A DNA stretch of 10,729 nucleotides. Source: Candidatus Hadarchaeota archaeon (GTDB lineage Archaea > CAYQAE01 > CAYVLA01). Positions within the stretch are counted from its first letter, which is position 1, and the number at the start of each line of letters is the position of its first letter. Of this stretch, positions 7,514 to 10,729 are shown in pieces. The translations under genes were made by a program, and so were the position numbers. The notes beneath the pieces were generated by a model. It was not told the origin of the DNA. It made no database searches and saw nothing but the letters and a program-made list of their open reading frames with translations. The stretch is from NCBI GenBank assembly GCA_964452145.1, contig CAYVLA010000114.1, forward strand, positions 1-10,729, in the 5' to 3' direction.

Positions 7514-8023
7514 CTAGACAGGCGTCCATCGACTGATGCCGGTGACACGGTCGAAATCGCCATCTGCGGACGCTATGTCATGACAGTCAAGCGAACTCAT
7601 GACCGACAGGTGGATTGCATCCCTTGGAAGGACCGAGTGGTTCTGCATCCGGTCAACGGCATCCTCTATGTGGCTCTTACCGACCGCAATGACATCGAGG
7701 GCCTCTATCCCGAGGAGGATCTCAACCGCCCTCCGGATCTCCCGTGAATGGACGCTCACCTCCTCTGGATGCTCCTTGAGCACCGCCAGGGGATTCCTCC
7801 GGTGCTTTTCCTCGACCTTCTTCAGGAGAATCTTGTAGATGAGCTCGTCCAGAACCAGCGCGGATGTGTAGCCTGCGATCTCCTCTGACTCGATCCTTCT
7901 GAGGAAGGCTGTGCAGGCCCTCTGGAGGCTGCCGGGCCCCCTCAGGAAGAAATGGAAGATGTTGGCGTCGACGAAGACCACACTGTCCTTCGGCAGGTCG
8001 GCCAGGGGACTTGCCATCGTCAT
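7514..8023 (-). CDS. vapC: VapC PIN-domain toxin
   Basis: VFVDANIF, TSALVLDEL, LPRDAIH, IASADGDFDRV. ATGA overlap with the antitoxin stop. Confidence 0.93.
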   Translation of the reverse strand: MTMASPLADLPKDSVVFVDANIFHFFLRGPGSLQRACTAFLRRIESEEIAGYTSALVLDELIYKILLKKVEEKHRRNPLAVLKEHPEEVSVHSREIRRAVEILLGIEALDVIAVGKSHIEDAVDRMQNHSVLPRDAIHLSVMSSLDCHDIASADGDFDRVTGISRWTPV

Positions 8024-8280
8024 CGCCCGTATTTCCTTGAGTAGTGCTCGGATATCAGCTCGGCATCCACTATGGCAAACTCGACCTCGTCGCTGTCCGG
8101 CTTCCCGAGACACCCTGCGTCTTCCTCCAGCCTTGTTCGTCGGACCGGCCTGATGATGGCCCGATCACCCTCGGCCGTGATCGATAACTCCGACCCTTCC
8201 TCCATCCCCCAGGACTCCCTCAGCGGCTGGGGAAGCGTGACCTGCCCCTTTTTTCTTACTCTCACCCTCATTTTCTGCAT
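8020..8280 (-). CDS. vapB: AbrB/MazE/SpoVT-family antitoxin
   Basis: VRVRKKGQVTLPQPLRESWGMEEGSELSI...IIRP swapped-hairpin motif. Confidence 0.93.
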   Translation of the reverse strand: MQKMRVRVRKKGQVTLPQPLRESWGMEEGSELSITAEGDRAIIRPVRRTRLEEDAGCLGKPDSDEVEFAIVDAELISEHYSRKYGR

Positions 8281-8304
8281 ATGGCAGATCAGTGCGAATC
8301 CAGC

Positions 8305-8310
8305 TAATAA
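8305..8310 (-). promoter_or_regulatory. TATA box (TTATTA) for the AbrB-vapC operon
   Basis: ~25 bp upstream of ATG 8280, a leaderless spacing. Confidence 0.5.
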
Positions 8311-8543
8311 GTCTTACCACGATGGCCCTGGACAGAATATCGAAGCACCCACCGGATTCCCCTCAAGCCCCACACCTGACTTGACATAGTCACTTCGGGG
8401 GTTTCCCTGATCTCTGATCGCTGCAGAAGGCCCAGCCCTCCTCCACATCCTCCGTTGCGTGCGGCATCAGTCATCATGAAGATAGTCATGCAAGCAATGA
8501 CTAGTACGTATCGGATAGCATGATCGAACCCCCTCAGGAAGAA

Positions 8544-8840
8544 TCAGGGGCGATCCCTCACTGCCTCCTCGCGGGTTTCCAGCCTTGTCGTCTTGACCTC
8601 CCTGTACAGCCTGCGGCGGACCATGGTGGACCACAGGACGAAGCCGCACATCATCCCGACGCCGGTCACGGCGAGCCACTCGATGAGATAGACCCAGAGC
8701 AGGGTCCTGCCCTTGAGGCCCATGGCGTCCCCCTCGATGGACACCATCTCCACCTCGATCGCCCTGTAAGCGTCCAGGGTCTCCTGGAACTGGAGCTGGA
8801 GGTAGAGGGGCGTTGCCTCCGCCGCCCTGTCGTTGAGCCG
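8544..8840 (-). pseudogene. C-terminal fragment of a membrane-anchored paralog family (copy A)
   Basis: ...EATPLYLQLQFQE...AMGLKGRTLLWVYLIEWLAVTGVGMMCGFVLWSTMVRRRLYREVKTTRL aligns with the end of copy B. Upstream of 8840 the frame is only the antisense of copy B. Confidence 0.8.
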
Positions 8841-9650
8841 GCGGGAGGATACTACCTTTCCTGGGGGGACACGATGATGGAGGCCATCCTGCCCTTCGAG
8901 TGCATACCGCGCTTCACCCACTCGGCCGCAATCCGCCACAGGATCAGGTTCCTCGAGGAGGGCAACCGCCTGGCCAACCTCCCCTGGGCGGGGGCCGGAT
9001 TCGTGGAGCTGATGAACGAGGTGGCAGCCAAGGAGGGGACGGTGGTCGTCGCGGAGGCGTACCTGCCCGACTTCTCCAACCCCTGGATGGGCTACTGGCG
9101 CTACGGAAAGGCAAGGTGACCGGCGAGACCCAGATCTTCGGCAGCAGGGGGGACCAACAGGATGATGGAGTGGGACTGGTACCCGGACTTCCTGATCTAC
9201 CTGGCCTACTTCGCCGCGGACAAGGAGATACCCGCCGACCTCTACAGGACCCACAGGCTCAGGGAGGAGATAAACACCCGCATCGCGAAGGCCTCAATGC
9301 TCGTCTCGCTGCTGGAGTTCGTGGAGAGGTTCGGGGCGAACACGGCAGGGCTATACCGGGAGCTGGACACCGTCGAGGAGGTGGAAGGCCAGGCCGAGGA
9401 GCTCTACGTCTAGGACGACTACGACGGAGCGGCGGCCGTCTTCGAGGAGGTCCACGAGATGTGGATCCAGGTGAACGTGGAGGCGGCGAGGCTCAAGGAG
9501 CGATCCCTATTCTGGGTATGGGTATACGTCATTGAGTGGACCGTGACCTCATCCGCCCTGATCATCTCCGGCTTCCTGGTCTGGACGCTGATGATCAGAA
9601 GGCGACTCTACCGCGAAGCACGGACGACGAGGATGGTTCGCGGGGGGTAG
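8841..9650 (+). pseudogene. 5'-truncated, disrupted member of the same family (copy B); possible class I glutamine-amidotransferase-like (DUF1355-like) domain, helical region and C-terminal TM
   Basis: GGYYLSWGDTMMEAILP...YWRYGK[fs]KV...[fs]MMEWDWYPDFL...FVERFGANT...AEELYV*DDY...LKERSLFWVWVYVIEW...WTLMIRRRLYREARTTR. Lesions: -1 near 9110, +1 in G6 at 9147-9152, TAG 9411-9413, tgggta duplication 9513-9524. The domain call is tentative. Confidence 0.78.
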
Positions 9651-9733
9651 GTCCAACGTCAGGGCACAGGGTGATCCGGCAGCATTTCGACTGATACAAA
9701 GCTCCAGGGTATACACAAAGGTAGACCAAAACG

Positions 9734-9768
9734 TTTATATCTACGATATACCACGCACGGGCGTGGTA
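9734..9768 (+). promoter_or_regulatory. TATA box, operator palindrome and 5'-leader hairpin of vapBC
   Basis: TTTATA 9734-9739; TATATC-tac-GATATA 9736-9750; TACCACGC-acgg-GCGTGGTA 9749-9768. Confidence 0.65.
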
Positions 9769-9770
9769 GG

Positions 9771-9998
9771 ATGTCCGTTGTTAGCGTGAAGGTCCCCCCT
9801 TGGGTAAGGGAGAAGATGAGGGCCCACGCCGGTTCCGTCCAGTGGCCCGAGGAGATCAGGCGCTTCCTTGCTCGAAGGCTGGAGGAGCTCGAGAGGGCAA
9901 AGGCCCTCGAAGAAGCAATCGAACTTAGGGAAACCCTCCCCAGCGTGCCCAAAGGCACGGCGAGATCCCTCATGAGGGGAGACCGTGATAGTCATTGA
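9771..9998 (+). CDS. vapB: RHH-type VapB antitoxin
   Basis: MSVVSVKVP..VREKM......WPEEIRRF...LMRGDRDSH; overlaps the toxin start. Confidence 0.9.
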   Translation: MSVVSVKVPPWVREKMRAHAGSVQWPEEIRRFLARRLEELERAKALEEAIELRETLPSVPKGTARSLMRGDRDSH

Positions 9999-10389
9999 CG
10001 CCTCGGCTTTGGCCAAATTCGTCCTTAGGGAGGAAGGATCCTCCAAGGTCCTCGGCTACCTGAGGTCCGGCACCGTGTCGCCCGATCTAGCCTTCAAAGA
10101 GGTTGCGAATGCGATCTGGAGAGCGCATGTCCACGGACGGACCTCGAGGGAGCAAGCAAACACGATGTTCAGGGTTCTGGGGAAGCTGATCGAGGCGTCG
10201 ATCAGGATCGAGGACCAAGGTCCTTACATGGAGGAGGCTGTAAGGATCTCCTTTGACCGAGAGATCACGGTCTACGACTCGATCTACGTGGCAATGGCCA
10301 AGGGCCAGGCACTGAGTCTTCTTACATCAGACGAGAGACAGTCCCGCGTCGCGGAGAACGAGGGAGTGAAGACGGTCCTCCTGCCATAG
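9985..10389 (+). CDS. vapC: VapC PIN-domain toxin
   Basis: MIVIDASALAKF, KEVANAIW, ITVYDSIYV, LLTSDERQ. Confidence 0.95.
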   Translation: MIVIDASALAKFVLREEGSSKVLGYLRSGTVSPDLAFKEVANAIWRAHVHGRTSREQANTMFRVLGKLIEASIRIEDQGPYMEEAVRISFDREITVYDSIYVAMAKGQALSLLTSDERQSRVAENEGVKTVLLP

Positions 10390-10414
10390 CCTCCGAAGGG
10401 TGCGTGCAGCTCGC

Positions 10415-10461
10415 GGAAACCACCAGAGCCGATTCCCGATCTAGGCTTCTTGATGGTTTCC
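10415..10461. terminator. Long imperfect hairpin after vapC
   Basis: ggaaacca..gagcc / ggctt..tggtttcc, located between convergent genes. Confidence 0.35.
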
Positions 10462-10620
10462 CTGTTAAGCGCAAGGAATTGGGCGCTAGACCACTGGGGA
10501 CGAACCAGCGGACAGAGACAATCACACCATCACGATACACGCTCATCGGTGACAGAGCAGTGACGCAATAGCGAAGCGGAGAGAACCGCGAGATCGTCAA
10601 GTATCCCGCCACGGGCGGCT

Positions 10621-10728
10621 TCATCCCTGCCGGATCGAGGCTTGAGGACGGTTCCCTCCACCCCCATTCCGGCACCGGGTTACCATCAGGCCCCATACCA
10701 GGAACCCGGTGACGAGGAGGGTCGCCGT
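10621..10728 (-). CDS. 3' end of a third member (copy C) of the membrane-anchored family; partial, tail altered
   Basis: TATLLVTGFLVWGLMVTRCRNGGGGNRPQASIRQG* matches TSSALIISGFLVWTLMI of copy B but lacks RRRLYRE. Not present in the ORF track. Confidence 0.65.
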   Translation of the reverse strand, partial: TATLLVTGFLVWGLMVTRCRNGGGGNRPQASIRQG

Positions 10729-10729
10729 G

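Noticed and set aside
9105..9152. Compensating -1/+1 frameshifts as programmed recoding
   Set aside because: The gene is already truncated and carries a TAG. Decay or homopolymer read error explains it.
1887..9413. Two in-frame TAG codons (1887-1889 minus, 9411-9413 plus) suggesting pyrrolysine or amber recoding
   Set aside because: Both frames also carry frameshifts or truncations. TAG ends apparently intact genes here (3853, 7104, 7514, 10389), and no pyl genes are visible.
8520..9535. ORFs 8520-9119, 8544-9254 and 8900-9535 as overlapping genes
   Set aside because: They are composites of real fragments with antisense or shifted frames across the 8840 junction.
1..10729. CRISPR array, integrase, reverse transcriptase or rRNA
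   Set aside because: No regularly spaced repeats or diagnostic motifs were seen.

Overview
GC-rich window of apparent archaeal origin, judged by TATA-box promoters, leaderless or overlapping genes and an intronless tRNA-Cys(GCA) with no encoded CCA. It looks like a decaying accessory island around tRNA-Cys. Left of the tRNA are the 3' part and right end of an ISL3 element with a broken transposase, an orphan DUF217-like antitoxin, a pseudogenised RHH antitoxin, and an unusual two-gene operon (a ~230-aa helical protein of unknown family plus an enlarged PIN nuclease). Right of the tRNA is a ~2.5-kb cassette bounded by 16-bp direct repeats. It encodes a membrane-anchored winged-helix regulator coupled to a membrane-anchored beta-propeller, plus a truncated second copy of the regulator. 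Further right are three VapBC modules with different antitoxins and three fragments of one paralogous family with a conserved C-terminal membrane anchor, two of them joined back-to-back at a 6-bp palindrome. All family calls come from motif recognition by eye; no database searches were run.
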